From: an uncultured delta proteobacterium
GTDB taxonomy: Bacteria > Desulfobacterota > Desulfuromonadia > Geobacterales > DSM-12255
Length of the DNA: 64,000 nt
Reading direction: 5' to 3'
Assembly (NCBI GenBank): GCA_963787125.1
Contig: CAWBBV010000001.1
Span: 544,001-608,000 of the forward strand
This document shows positions 9,095 to 18,976 of this stretch, piece after piece; the stretch's first letter is position 1, and every line of letters begins with the position of its first letter. Both the position numbers and the translations under genes were made by a program. A model generated the notes under the pieces. It did no database searches. It was not told the DNA's origin and was given only the letters and a program-made list of their open reading frames with translations.

Positions 9095-10476
9095 ACAGCT
9101 GTCCTGAGGAACGGTGAGTTGAAAACCGGCAGTTCGAGGGCCGTAAGATTCGGGGGGACAAGGTTTCGCCGCTGCATTGCGGCGACGAAACAGTCGGTGA
9201 GGAGTGGATGAAACTGGGTCCCCCGGCAACGAATGATCTCACGGATGGCATACTCGGCCGGGAGTCCGGCGCGATAAGGCCGGGAAGTGGTCATGGCATC
9301 ATAGGCATCGGCTAGGGAGATGATTGCGGCAAAAAGCGGTATCGTCTCTCCCTTTAGGCCCTCCGGGTATCCCTCGCCATTGTGCCACTCGTGATGGTGC
9401 AGTACCGCGGGGATGACGCGCCGCAGGGCCTCGGAGTGGCCGAGGATATCTGCGCCATCGTGGGGGTGTCGCTTGACGCGATGAAATTCGTCGTCGTCCA
9501 GCGGGGCCGCCTTTTTGAGGATGTGATCGGGGATGCGGATCTTTCCCAGATCGTGTACCAGTGCCGCCACCTCCAGATCGCGCTGCTCTTCAGGGGCCAG
9601 TCCCATCTCTTTCGCCATCAGGAGCGACAGGGCTGCGACCCGGGTCGAATGCTCCAGGGTATAGCCATCCCGGGCATCGATGGCGGTGGCGAGAATCTTC
9701 ACCGTGGCAAAGTACGACTCCTCCAGGCCACGCGCATATTCGGCAAGCTTGTCCTTCTGGTTCACAATGACGCCGGCCATTTCATTAAAATTGCTGGTTA
9801 GCTCGCCGAGTTCATCGTGCTGTGTTACCGCTATCGGCCCGATTTGACCACCAGATTTCAGGCGGGAGACGCCGTCACTCAGCCGTTTGATCGGCTGCGT
9901 GAAGCAGCTGGCAATGGCGCAGGTACCGGTCACCGACAGCAGCAGGATGATCACTGCCATCACCGCCACCTTGCGGCGTGCTGCTCCCTGGGCACTGGTC
10001 AGCGCGGTGGAATCGATGCCAAGAGCGAACAGGCCGAGCTCTTTGCCGGCAAACACAATCGGAGCCCTGAATTCATAGCTATCCTGCCCGTTCCTGGTTA
10101 CCCGCAAGGCCAGCGCCCCGTCAGGCTCTCTTTTGAGTACGGTACCGGCTTCCGGCTTAAAGCTGCTGCCACTCTGCAGCAGGTCGCTGTGAGCTGCTAT
10201 CATCCCGTGGTGGTCAATCACCGCCATAGAGATGATGTCCTCCTGCCGTTCCCTGATTTTCGCCACCAGGTTGTCCAGGGAGAGCCTGTCCCGGACCAGC
10301 ATGCTGTAGCCGGCCGCATTCGCGGCCCCTCGCGACAAGGACAGGCCTCGCTTGACCGTTTCTCCCAGCAGAAAGGTATCCATGATTCCCATGACGATCG
10401 CCGAGGAGACGATGATAACAGTGGTAACGAGCAGGCACGTTAACAGCGATAATTTGAACCTGATGCCTAAATACAC
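9091..10476 (-). CDS. Membrane sensor-HAMP-HD-GYP cyclic dinucleotide phosphodiesterase
   Basis: GTG start after AGGGAG; two TM segments, HAMP (DELGELTSNFNEM), HSTRV, HDLGK, HHEWHNGEGYP, DAYDAMTTSRPYR. Confidence 0.92.
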   Translation of the reverse strand: MYLGIRFKLSLLTCLLVTTVIIVSSAIVMGIMDTFLLGETVKRGLSLSRGAANAAGYSMLVRDRLSLDNLVAKIRERQEDIISMAVIDHHGMIAAHSDLLQSGSSFKPEAGTVLKREPDGALALRVTRNGQDSYEFRAPIVFAGKELGLFALGIDSTALTSAQGAARRKVAVMAVIILLLSVTGTCAIASCFTQPIKRLSDGVSRLKSGGQIGPIAVTQHDELGELTSNFNEMAGVIVNQKDKLAEYARGLEESYFATVKILATAIDARDGYTLEHSTRVAALSLLMAKEMGLAPEEQRDLEVAALVHDLGKIRIPDHILKKAAPLDDDEFHRVKRHPHDGADILGHSEALRRVIPAVLHHHEWHNGEGYPEGLKGETIPLFAAIISLADAYDAMTTSRPYRAGLPAEYAIREIIRCRGTQFHPLLTDCFVAAMQRRNLVPPNLTALELPVFNSPFLRTAV

Positions 10477-10587
10477 GAGCCGTTCTCCCTTACCGTCAAA
10501 GCGCAAAACTCGCCGCTTTCGGTCAGGCTGTCCATTCCTGTCCGTGGGCTTGAACCGAGCGCTTCGCTCCGGTTTTCCGGCGGCAAA

Positions 10588-10635
10588 ATAAAAAAGCCGG
10601 GGCAAAAATATCAGGTGATATTTCGGCAACCCGGC
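10588..10635 (-). terminator. Riboswitch expression-platform terminator
   Basis: GCCGGG.UUGCC.GAAAUAUC-ACCU-GAUAUUUU.UGCC.CCGGC-UUUUUU; its 5' arm is the aptamer 3' strand. Confidence 0.8.
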
Positions 10636-10697
10636 TGTCTTCGAGAGACCCGTAGGCTTTCCGCCCCATCCTCGCGGATGGTTAGGTATTATCGTCT
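10617..10697 (-). ncRNA. GEMM-I (c-di-GMP-I class) riboswitch, A20 variant of the 3',3'-cGAMP-sensing type
   Basis: GACGAUAAUACCUAACCAUCCGCGAGGAUGGGGCGGAAAGCCUACGGGUCUCUCGAAGACAGCCGGGUUGCCGAAAUAUC closely follows Geobacter GEMM-I aptamers. Confidence 0.92.
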
Positions 10698-10721
10698 ATT
10701 CCTGTGGTAAAAGTGAGTATT

Positions 10722-10750
10722 CTTATAACTTGCTGCGGCGCGAAAGTCAA
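10722..10750 (-). promoter_or_regulatory. Sigma70-type promoter for the riboswitch transcript
   Basis: TTGACT-N17-TATAAG. Confidence 0.65.
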
Positions 10751-10887
10751 TTTCATACTGCCGGAATCCCGCTGAGGCAAGGACGTTGCCAATGCCCTGT
10801 CAGATGATTTGGGTTGCCCGCACAGTCAGATTTGTAAATCAGTATACCGATCCCTGAATTTTGCGACCTTCAAAAAAAGTTGCCGGA

Positions 10888-12033
10888 TCAGAAGCCGGCA
10901 AGATCGAGAGCGGCGCTATCTATTTTGGCTAACCGTTGCCCGAGCCGCTTTTCAATCACCCGGAAATGGTTTAAATCTTCCGGGCAGAGGAGGGTCAGTG
11001 CCTCCCCGGCTGTTTCGGCGCGACCGGTTCTGCCGATGCGGTGGATATAATCGTTTGGGGAACGGGGGAGCTCGTAATTGACCACATGGGGGAGTTCGCT
11101 GATGTCGATGCCGCGGGCGGCCAGATCGGTGGCCACCAGCACCTGCAGTGTGCCGGCCTTGAAATTCTCCAGCGCCTTGGTGCGTCCTCCCTGGCTCATG
11201 CCGGCGTGGAAGGTGGCGGCGCTGATGCCGTTTTGCAGCAGTTTCTGCGCCACACTGTCGGCTCGCTTGCGGGACGCTGTGAAAACCAGATACTGCTCGC
11301 CGTCGCCGGTCTTGATCAGGTATCTGAGGAGCGGCCCTTTGCGCTCCGGCGTGACCGTATAGATCAGCTGGGTAATGAGCTCTGCCCCGACCTTTGCCGG
11401 AGTAATCTCGATCCGTAGCGGTTCGACCAGCAGGGCGTCTGCAAGCCGCTGCACCTCAGCGGCAAAGGTGGCGGAAAAGAGCAGCGTCTGCCTTTTTTGG
11501 GGGAGCAGGGCCAGGATCTGTTGCATCTCCTCTTCAAAGCCCTCCTGGAGCATTTTTTCTGCTTCATCCAGCACGAGGATTTTCAGCGTCCTCAGTTGCA
11601 GACTGTTTCTGGCCACCAGCTCCAGCAGTCGACCCGGGGTGGCAATGAGCAGCTCGACGTTATTCACCATGATCATCTGTGGGTTCAGTGCCACGCCGCC
11701 AAACACTGCGCCGCTCTTCACCCGTGGCTGCAGATACTGACCGAACTCCCGGGCAACCTCGCCAATCTGGGCGGCCAGCTCCCGGGTCGGCACCAGCACC
11801 AGCGCCTTGAGTGTCTGCCCCTGGTCCGCCGCCGATCGCTGGATCAGCTGCAGCAGCGGCAGGATAAAAGCGGCGGTTTTGCCGGAACCGGTCCGGGCGA
11901 TGGCCAGCAGGTCTTGCCCGTGCAAAATTGCCGGAATGGCCTGATGCTGAATCGGGTAGGGTCGTTTGAACTGCTCTCGGTCAGCAAGCGCCTGGAGCAA
12001 TCCGGGGCAAAGACCAAGTGATGAAAATGACAT
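10888..12033 (-). CDS. DEAD-box RNA helicase (RhlE-like)
   Basis: Q motif, ARTGSGKT, PTRELA, TPGRL, DEAE, SAT, ARGID, HRIGRTGR; start MSFSSLGL after GAGGAG. Confidence 0.93.
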   Translation of the reverse strand: MSFSSLGLCPGLLQALADREQFKRPYPIQHQAIPAILHGQDLLAIARTGSGKTAAFILPLLQLIQRSAADQGQTLKALVLVPTRELAAQIGEVAREFGQYLQPRVKSGAVFGGVALNPQMIMVNNVELLIATPGRLLELVARNSLQLRTLKILVLDEAEKMLQEGFEEEMQQILALLPQKRQTLLFSATFAAEVQRLADALLVEPLRIEITPAKVGAELITQLIYTVTPERKGPLLRYLIKTGDGEQYLVFTASRKRADSVAQKLLQNGISAATFHAGMSQGGRTKALENFKAGTLQVLVATDLAARGIDISELPHVVNYELPRSPNDYIHRIGRTGRAETAGEALTLLCPEDLNHFRVIEKRLGQRLAKIDSAALDLAGF

Positions 12034-12090
12034 GTAAGGGACTCCTCGAGAAGTGGCAACAGGGGGTGCGCCGGCACTGCAGCGGCACCC

Positions 12091-12122
12091 AAAAATAAAA
12101 CCACAGGAGTATCCCTGTGGTT
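12091..12122 (-). terminator. Intrinsic terminator in the helicase 5' leader
   Basis: AACCACAGG-GAUACU-CCUGUGGUU-UUAUUUUU, about 60 nt upstream of the start codon. Confidence 0.6.
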
Positions 12123-12410
12123 CAGATCTGCCCGGAATATAACACGTTACGCGATGGGGCGACAACGGCTTTCTTGCCAAGGTGGAGTTGCAGCCGATTC
12201 CCGGGTGCTAAAGCTGTATAGATATGGCATGGTTTCCCCAAAAAGCTCCAAATACAACAAATCCCAGACAGATGTTGCGCCGCAACCGTTGAAAATGTTA
12301 CATAGATAGGTAGCCCTCTTCACCTGCCCTGACCTTATGGACAGGATAAGTTCCAGTTCCCTGAAGGGATGGAGAATGCGGGCTCATATCAAATTAGTGA
12401 GGTTGAAAGC

Positions 12411-13730
12411 ATGACAATGAAACAGTTTGGTCCGACGAGACTGGACGCAGCGCTCATCCCGAAAATAGCTCAGCAGTGGGGTACACCGGTCTATCTCCAT
12501 GATCAGGAATATATCGAAAACAGCTGCCAGCAGTTGCTGGACATGCCCAATGCCTACGGCCTGCATGTCCGCTACGCCATGAAGGCAAACTCGGATCGGA
12601 CGGTATTGCGGGTCGTCACCAATAAAGGCCTGGATCTGGATTGTTCGTCACTTAATGAAGCGGCCCGTGCTTTTGCCGCCGGGGTTCCATATAGCCGGAT
12701 GATGCTGACGACCCAGGAGGTTCCGACGGGTGAGGAGCGCGTCGAACTGGAGGAGATGATCCGTGGCGGACTGAAGTACAACGTCTGCTCCATGACACAG
12801 TTTCATCTGATTGCCGACTTTGCCAGGAGCATCAATCTGGACCTGTCAATGAGGGTCCACCCGGGAGCTAAAGGCGGAGGCGAAAGCGCCACCCGCGATA
12901 CCGGCAGCGAATATTCCTGCTTCGGGGTTCATTTAAACGATGTCCCCACGGTAAAAGCCCTGGCTGACAAGCAGGGACTGCGCTTTACCCAGGTGCATGT
13001 CCATATCGGTTCAGGCGGCGACCCGGAAAAATGGCGGGAGAATATCGACCGTGAACTGGGCTTTGTCAAAACCTATTTCCCCGATGCCGTCACGGTCAGC
13101 TTCGGCGGGGGGCTCAAGGTGGCCAGAATGCCGGGGGAAAAGCAGGCCGACATCGCGTCACTTGGTGCTTATGCTGCGCAGAGGGTAACGGCGTTCAAGG
13201 AGTCAACCGGAAGGCAGCTGCAGATGGAGATCGAACCGGGGACTTTTGTCGTGGCCAATTCGGGCCATATCATTACCCGGATTATTGATAAGAAGTTGAC
13301 CAATGAGCTTAACTTCCTCATCGTCGACGGCGGCATGGAACTGCTGACCCGCCCGCTCCTGTACGGCTCCGAGCACCCCATTGCCATTGTCCGTCAGGAC
13401 GGTACGCTGCTCTCCAGCGAGTATGACGGCAAGCCGACGGCCGGGCTGAAATCGTTCGGCATTGTCGGGCGCTGCTGCGAAAGCGGCGATTCGGTCCGTC
13501 TGGACAACGACGGCAACATTGTGCCGGTGCTGATTGCCGAACCGGAAATCGGCGATTATGTCGTCATCGGTGGCACGGGAGCCTATTCCGAGAGCATGTC
13601 GCCGGAAAACTACAATTCGCACCGCAAGCCGCCGGCTGTCATGAGGACGCGCAGTGGTGAACTGGTACTGATCAGGAAGAAGCAGGTTCGTGAGCAGATA
13701 GTCCAGAATGAGCTGGATGTGAAACTGTAA
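12411..13730 (+). CDS. lysA: Diaminopimelate decarboxylase
   Basis: YAMKAN (PLP lysine), HVHIGSG, FGGG, EPG, CESGD, GAY. Confidence 0.85.
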   Translation: MTMKQFGPTRLDAALIPKIAQQWGTPVYLHDQEYIENSCQQLLDMPNAYGLHVRYAMKANSDRTVLRVVTNKGLDLDCSSLNEAARAFAAGVPYSRMMLTTQEVPTGEERVELEEMIRGGLKYNVCSMTQFHLIADFARSINLDLSMRVHPGAKGGGESATRDTGSEYSCFGVHLNDVPTVKALADKQGLRFTQVHVHIGSGGDPEKWRENIDRELGFVKTYFPDAVTVSFGGGLKVARMPGEKQADIASLGAYAAQRVTAFKESTGRQLQMEIEPGTFVVANSGHIITRIIDKKLTNELNFLIVDGGMELLTRPLLYGSEHPIAIVRQDGTLLSSEYDGKPTAGLKSFGIVGRCCESGDSVRLDNDGNIVPVLIAEPEIGDYVVIGGTGAYSESMSPENYNSHRKPPAVMRTRSGELVLIRKKQVREQIVQNELDVKL

Positions 13731-13751
13731 GCTATAAATCAGAGCTGTACT

Positions 13752-13791
13752 AAAAAGAGGCCAGGGGTTATGCACCTCTTGGCCTCTTTTT
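13752..13791 (+). terminator. Rho-independent terminator
   Basis: aaaaagaggccagggg...ctcttggcctcttttt. Confidence 0.75.
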
Positions 13792-13933
13792 ATGTGAGAC
13801 CTTACTGCTGGCAACATGGTAGGTAGCCCCCTGGCCCTGTAAGTTTCTCCACACTAAGATTTTATAAGTATCCCTGGACCGGCCCGATAGCCTACACTGA
13901 CGCAACAATGCAAAACAATCAAGGGAGTATCCA

Positions 13934-14371
13934 GTGAACAGACAGCCTTCAGCAGGAAGTAATATTGAAACCCGGTGTACCCGCTGCCGCGAAATTCTAA
14001 ATCATACAATTGTCGCCATGATCGGGGAAAAGATCGCGCGGGTTGAGTGTAACACCTGCCACGGTACACACAATTATCGTCCGGAAAAGCCCGTTAAGGA
14101 GCCTGCCGCAGCCAAAACCGTCCTGAAGAAAACGCCGGTGCCCCGCAAGGCAAAAGTTGATCCTTTGGAGCTTGAGCGTGCCGAGTGGGAGGCGCTGCAG
14201 CCAGACATGAATCCGGAGAAGGCGATCCCTTACGATATGAACAAGCCTTATCGCGTCAGGAATCTGTTGCTCCACACTGTTTTCGGTCTCGGAGTTGTGC
14301 AGCTTGTTCTGCAACCGAACAAGATTGATGTTCTGTTCCAGGAAGGGATAAAACGGCTCCGTTGCGGTTAA
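13934..14371 (+). CDS. Hypothetical protein with Zn-ribbon (CxxC...CxxC)
   Basis: GTG start after AGGGAG; CTRC and CNTC; C-terminal HTVFGLGVV. Confidence 0.75.
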   Translation: MNRQPSAGSNIETRCTRCREILNHTIVAMIGEKIARVECNTCHGTHNYRPEKPVKEPAAAKTVLKKTPVPRKAKVDPLELERAEWEALQPDMNPEKAIPYDMNKPYRVRNLLLHTVFGLGVVQLVLQPNKIDVLFQEGIKRLRCG

Positions 14372-14597
14372 ATGCGCCTTAAATGACAGCGGCACGTATC
14401 CGCATAATTTTTGGACCGGCCCGTCTGGAGTTTCTGCCCCAAATCAATTCAACGCGATATAGTCTGAATGGCGGCTCATATCTTGCGTTCGCGAGATATG
14501 AGCCCAAAAAACATTCGCAGGATACACATCGTTTTTTCCTGCGCCGCTACCCACACAGATCGTTTTCCTGTTGACCGGCGCCATTCCTGCATTTTAA

Positions 14598-15593
<996 letters not shown>

Positions 15594-15614
15594 TAATCCG
15601 GTGGGTTAAGCTGC

Positions 15615-16499
15615 TTACCCTTTTGCCTTGGGATGAGCTTTGTCATACACCTCCAGCAGTCTGTCAATGCTGACATGAGTGTATTTCTGAGTGGTTGACA
15701 GGGAAGCGTGGCCGAGCAGCTCCTGAATTGAGCGCAGGTCTGCCCCCCCTTCCAGCAGATGGGTGGCGAATGTGTGACGGAGCGTATGTGGCGAGGCCTT
15801 TTTCATTGTTTCAAGGTGGAGCATGTAGCGATCGACGATCCGGGCAACGCTGCGCCGGGTAAGCCTTCCGCCACGGGAATTTACGAATAGCGGCGCTGTT
15901 ATCGCCGGGGTTCCTCTTAAACCAAGATATTCTTTCAGCGCCTGGATGGCTTTGCTTCCCAGAGGCACGATCCGCTCTTTCCCCCCTTTGCCGAAAACAC
16001 GTACAGACCCGGCTTCAAGATCGATCCCCTTAATATCAAGCCCGGTTAATTCAGAGACTCGCAGGCCGGAAGAGTAGAGCGTTTCCAGAATCGCCCTGTC
16101 CCTTGAGGGGAGAATTTCGGGTGCCCGAGGCGCTTCCACCAGTGTGGTAATTTCGTCGATATTCAGATGGAACGGGAGTTTCTTCTCTTTTTTGGGAGTG
16201 CTGATAAGCTCTGCCGGGTTTTTCCCGATTATCCCCCGGCGCAGCAGGAATCTGAAGAGCGAACGGATTGCCGCCAGTTTCCTGCCGGCACTGCTCTTGG
16301 ACAGCTCTTTATGAACAGATGCCAGGTAGCTGCGGATGTGAAGGTGATTGATCTGGTGGATTGTCAGCGTGGGGTCAATCTTTTTGGCGAGAAAAGCGCT
16401 AAACTGCTGCAAGTCGCGGCTGTAGGCTTCGATTGTGTGCGGTGAGGCGTTGCGCTCAGACTGCAGGTACTGAATGAATGTGGCGATTTCCTGCTGCAT
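15615..16499 (-). CDS. xerC: Tyrosine recombinase XerC
   Basis: N-terminal SAM-like domain; SSGLRVSEL, GKGGKER, HTLRHTFATH, LGHASLSTTQKYTHV. Confidence 0.88.
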   Translation of the reverse strand: MQQEIATFIQYLQSERNASPHTIEAYSRDLQQFSAFLAKKIDPTLTIHQINHLHIRSYLASVHKELSKSSAGRKLAAIRSLFRFLLRRGIIGKNPAELISTPKKEKKLPFHLNIDEITTLVEAPRAPEILPSRDRAILETLYSSGLRVSELTGLDIKGIDLEAGSVRVFGKGGKERIVPLGSKAIQALKEYLGLRGTPAITAPLFVNSRGGRLTRRSVARIVDRYMLHLETMKKASPHTLRHTFATHLLEGGADLRSIQELLGHASLSTTQKYTHVSIDRLLEVYDKAHPKAKG

Positions 16500-16597
16500 C
16501 TCCTCCTCCCGGCTTATCGTTGCCATATTTTTAGCAGAGTCCCATGATATGCGCAATTTCTTTGACAGAGGCTTTTCCCGCTAGTTATATTCCGGAC

Positions 16598-17743
16598 ATG
16601 ATCAAAGTTGCCATTGAAAAAGTTGCATCGTATGAGCTGAGTCAGGTAAAGACCGGGGTGACAAGCCTGCTGCAGCATCTGGGCGGCATTGAGGCCTTTG
16701 TAAAGCCTGGCGAGCGGGTGCTGATAAAGCCGAACATGCTTTACGGGAAACCCCCTGAAGCGGCGATTACGACTCATCCCCGCCTTGTGCAGGCTGTCAT
16801 TGAGTTGGTCATGGGTGCAGGAGGGCTGCCACTTGTAGGAGATAGCCCAGGGAACGGTGCCACCAGGAAAGTAGCTGAGCAGTGCGGCATTCTTGAAGTC
16901 GTCAGAAAGACCGGCGCTGAGCTGGTTGAGTTTATAGAGCCGGTAGCAGTCAAAGGGAGCGGGCTATACAAAACTTTTGAACTGGCGCGACCGTATCTGG
17001 AGGCTGATAAAATCATCAACCTGCCGAAGCTCAAAACACATGTCATGATGACCATGACCTGCGCGGTGAAGAATCTTTTCGGTGCTGTTGTCGGCAGGGA
17101 GAAATCAGCCTGGCACTTGAAGGCCGGTAAAGATCGTGACGTCTTTGCCAGAATGCTCGTAGAAATCTATCAACTGCGTAAACCTGATTTGACTATCGTT
17201 GATGCCATAACTGCCATGGAAGGAGATGGTCCGGGAAGTGGCGACCCGTACCATGTCGGCCTGCTGCTGGCAGGCGTTAACGCTCTGGCGGTAGACGTGA
17301 TTGCCGGAGAAATTGCCGGTATACCAAGTGAACTTCTCTATGTTGAACGTGTGGCTGCCAAGATGGGACTGGAAGGAGCTGAGCGGACAGAGATTCAGGT
17401 TGTCGGAATTGACCCTGGAGGATTGTCGCTGCGGCCGTTCAATCTGCCGCGTAGCATGAGTATACCGTTTGGACTGCCAACCTTCCTTGGTCAACAGGTG
17501 CGACAACAGTTTACTGTCCGTCCGGTTGTTGTCCCGGAGCGGTGCGTAGCGTGTGGCATCTGTTGCGACGCCTGCCCACCGCAGGTGATGGCGCTGAATC
17601 AAGGGAAACTTACTATTGATTATGCAGGCTGTATTCGTTGTTACTGTTGCGTGGAACTTTGTCCGGAGAAAGCACTTGATCTCAAAGCAGGAACTTTGCT
17701 TGGGGCGGTGAAGAGGATTAGAAAGCTTGTCAGAAAGAAATAA
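16598..17743 (+). CDS. DUF362 protein with C-terminal 2x[4Fe-4S] domain
   Basis: LIKPN, TTHP, NLPKLKTH, AVKNLFG, MEGDGP; CxxCxxCxxxCP twice. Confidence 0.88.
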   Translation: MIKVAIEKVASYELSQVKTGVTSLLQHLGGIEAFVKPGERVLIKPNMLYGKPPEAAITTHPRLVQAVIELVMGAGGLPLVGDSPGNGATRKVAEQCGILEVVRKTGAELVEFIEPVAVKGSGLYKTFELARPYLEADKIINLPKLKTHVMMTMTCAVKNLFGAVVGREKSAWHLKAGKDRDVFARMLVEIYQLRKPDLTIVDAITAMEGDGPGSGDPYHVGLLLAGVNALAVDVIAGEIAGIPSELLYVERVAAKMGLEGAERTEIQVVGIDPGGLSLRPFNLPRSMSIPFGLPTFLGQQVRQQFTVRPVVVPERCVACGICCDACPPQVMALNQGKLTIDYAGCIRCYCCVELCPEKALDLKAGTLLGAVKRIRKLVRKK

Positions 17744-17763
17744 TGTCTGGTAGCAGATTTGAA

Positions 17764-18168
17764 TCAGGTCTGAAAAGAATAAAGACTGAGCGATGAAACA
17801 GAGGCGATAGCTTCGAAGTCGCGGTCATTATGCATGAGCTCGGCTTTATGCTCAATGGCGGTTTGAGCTATCAGCAGATCAACAGTACTGCGAATGGTCA
17901 TCCCTTTGGTTCGGCATTTGCGGTATAAATCAGCTGCTTTAATGTAGGAATCATGGGATTTGAGAGAGAGTATCGGAAAGGTCATGAGCGACGAAAGCAC
18001 TTCGCGGTAGTCGCGCTCGTTGCGGATACCTTGCAGCACTTCTGTAAGAGTGATCTCAGCTATTGCAATATCGGCGTCGTTTGAAATCAGGATTTCAACC
18101 GCCTTGTCATAGCTCGAACCGGAGCGGTTAAGGAACTCGATAAGGGCGCTGGTGTCAAGCAGGATCAT
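17764..18168 (-). CDS. vapC: PIN-domain toxin VapC
   Basis: ILLDTS, EVLQG, STVDLLIA, HNDRDF. Confidence 0.92.
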   Translation of the reverse strand: MILLDTSALIEFLNRSGSSYDKAVEILISNDADIAIAEITLTEVLQGIRNERDYREVLSSLMTFPILSLKSHDSYIKAADLYRKCRTKGMTIRSTVDLLIAQTAIEHKAELMHNDRDFEAIASVSSLSLYSFQT

Positions 18169-18367
18169 GGCGGCTTTCCCGTAATGCGTTCAGATCGCCC
18201 TTCCAGAGACCCGCATGGCGGATGGTCAAAAGCCTTTTCCTGCTGCGTTGCTTGATCAGCTCCTGCAGTGCGCAGATAATGACATCTTTCTTGGTCTTAA
18301 GCCCGGTCAAGCGTCCGGCCTCATCCAACAGGTCAGAGTCTATGACTACATTGGTTCTGGCGAGCAT
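18155..18367 (-). CDS. vapB: VapB antitoxin (ribbon-helix-helix)
   Basis: RTNVVIDSDLL...KTKKDVI...W.GDL..LR; overlaps the vapC start. Confidence 0.88.
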   Translation of the reverse strand: MLARTNVVIDSDLLDEAGRLTGLKTKKDVIICALQELIKQRSRKRLLTIRHAGLWKGDLNALRESRHDPA

Positions 18368-18390
18368 GATGCACCTCGATACGTGATATT

Positions 18391-18426
18391 CATACACATT
18401 ATCTTACACTGTTTATGTGGATGCAA
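18391..18426 (-). promoter_or_regulatory. vapBC promoter with overlapping inverted-repeat operator
   Basis: TTGCAT-N17-GATAAT; inverted repeat catacacat (18391-18399) / atgtggatg (18415-18423). Confidence 0.6.
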
Positions 18427-18475
18427 GCGGAAGTTTTCTTTTGAATTTGTCATGCAATATATTCAGCTTTTCCAA

Positions 18476-18805
18476 TTACCCCCGCATCTCCTTCATCCAT
18501 TCAGTAATCCGATAGAGTAGTTGCCGGTCTTTCTCGTCAACGCATTCCAGGTTTTTTATCAATATTTCGGGAGAGATTGCCTCCGGGTCGTGGTGCATGA
18601 AGTCGAACAGGCTCGGCAGTGCCACCTTTAGTGCTTCGGCGATCCGCATCAGGCGGTCGAGAGAGGGGTAGCTTTTGCCTAGCTCGATTCGACTCATATA
18701 TTGCTGCTCTATACCAAGTATCTCCGCAAGCTGTTCCTGCGCTATTCCTTGAGCCTTCCTCAACTCCCGTATACGTGCCCCCAATAATTCAGTTGCGGCT
18801 CTCAT
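18476..18805 (-). CDS. XRE-family HTH transcriptional regulator
   Basis: LGARIRELRK...QEQLAE...YMSRIELG..YPSL..L..IAEAL. Confidence 0.9.
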   Translation of the reverse strand: MRAATELLGARIRELRKAQGIAQEQLAEILGIEQQYMSRIELGKSYPSLDRLMRIAEALKVALPSLFDFMHHDPEAISPEILIKNLECVDEKDRQLLYRITEWMKEMRG

Positions 18806-18856
18806 GCTGGTATCCCCTTTCAATACCTAATTTTCAAGGGAAGTTGCACGAATAGT

Positions 18857-18957
18857 TACATTTGATTAGTTGTATTAATGTTGACTGTACAATCATAGGA
18901 ATGTATTTTGTCTAATGTGCCATGTAACAAGCGCCAAAATACATTGTTACCGTTGTA
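18857..18957. promoter_or_regulatory. Divergent promoter with three TACA-N10-TGTA operators
   Basis: Sites at 18857-18874, 18888-18905, 18940-18957; TTGACT(18881)-N17-TATTTT(18904) promoter. Confidence 0.75.
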
Positions 18958-18976
18958 TTAAGCTAAGGAGGAGAAA

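Noticed and set aside
10477..10629. N-terminal extension of the HD-GYP ORF given by the ORF track
   Set aside because: It overlaps the riboswitch and terminator; a GTG with SD at 10476 is the better start.
12300..12410. Lysine riboswitch upstream of lysA
   Set aside because: Leader too short and lacks the L-box consensus.
15615..16499. Tyrosine recombinase as an island or prophage integrase
   Set aside because: Size and motifs fit housekeeping XerC; no phage genes, att repeats or dif site nearby.
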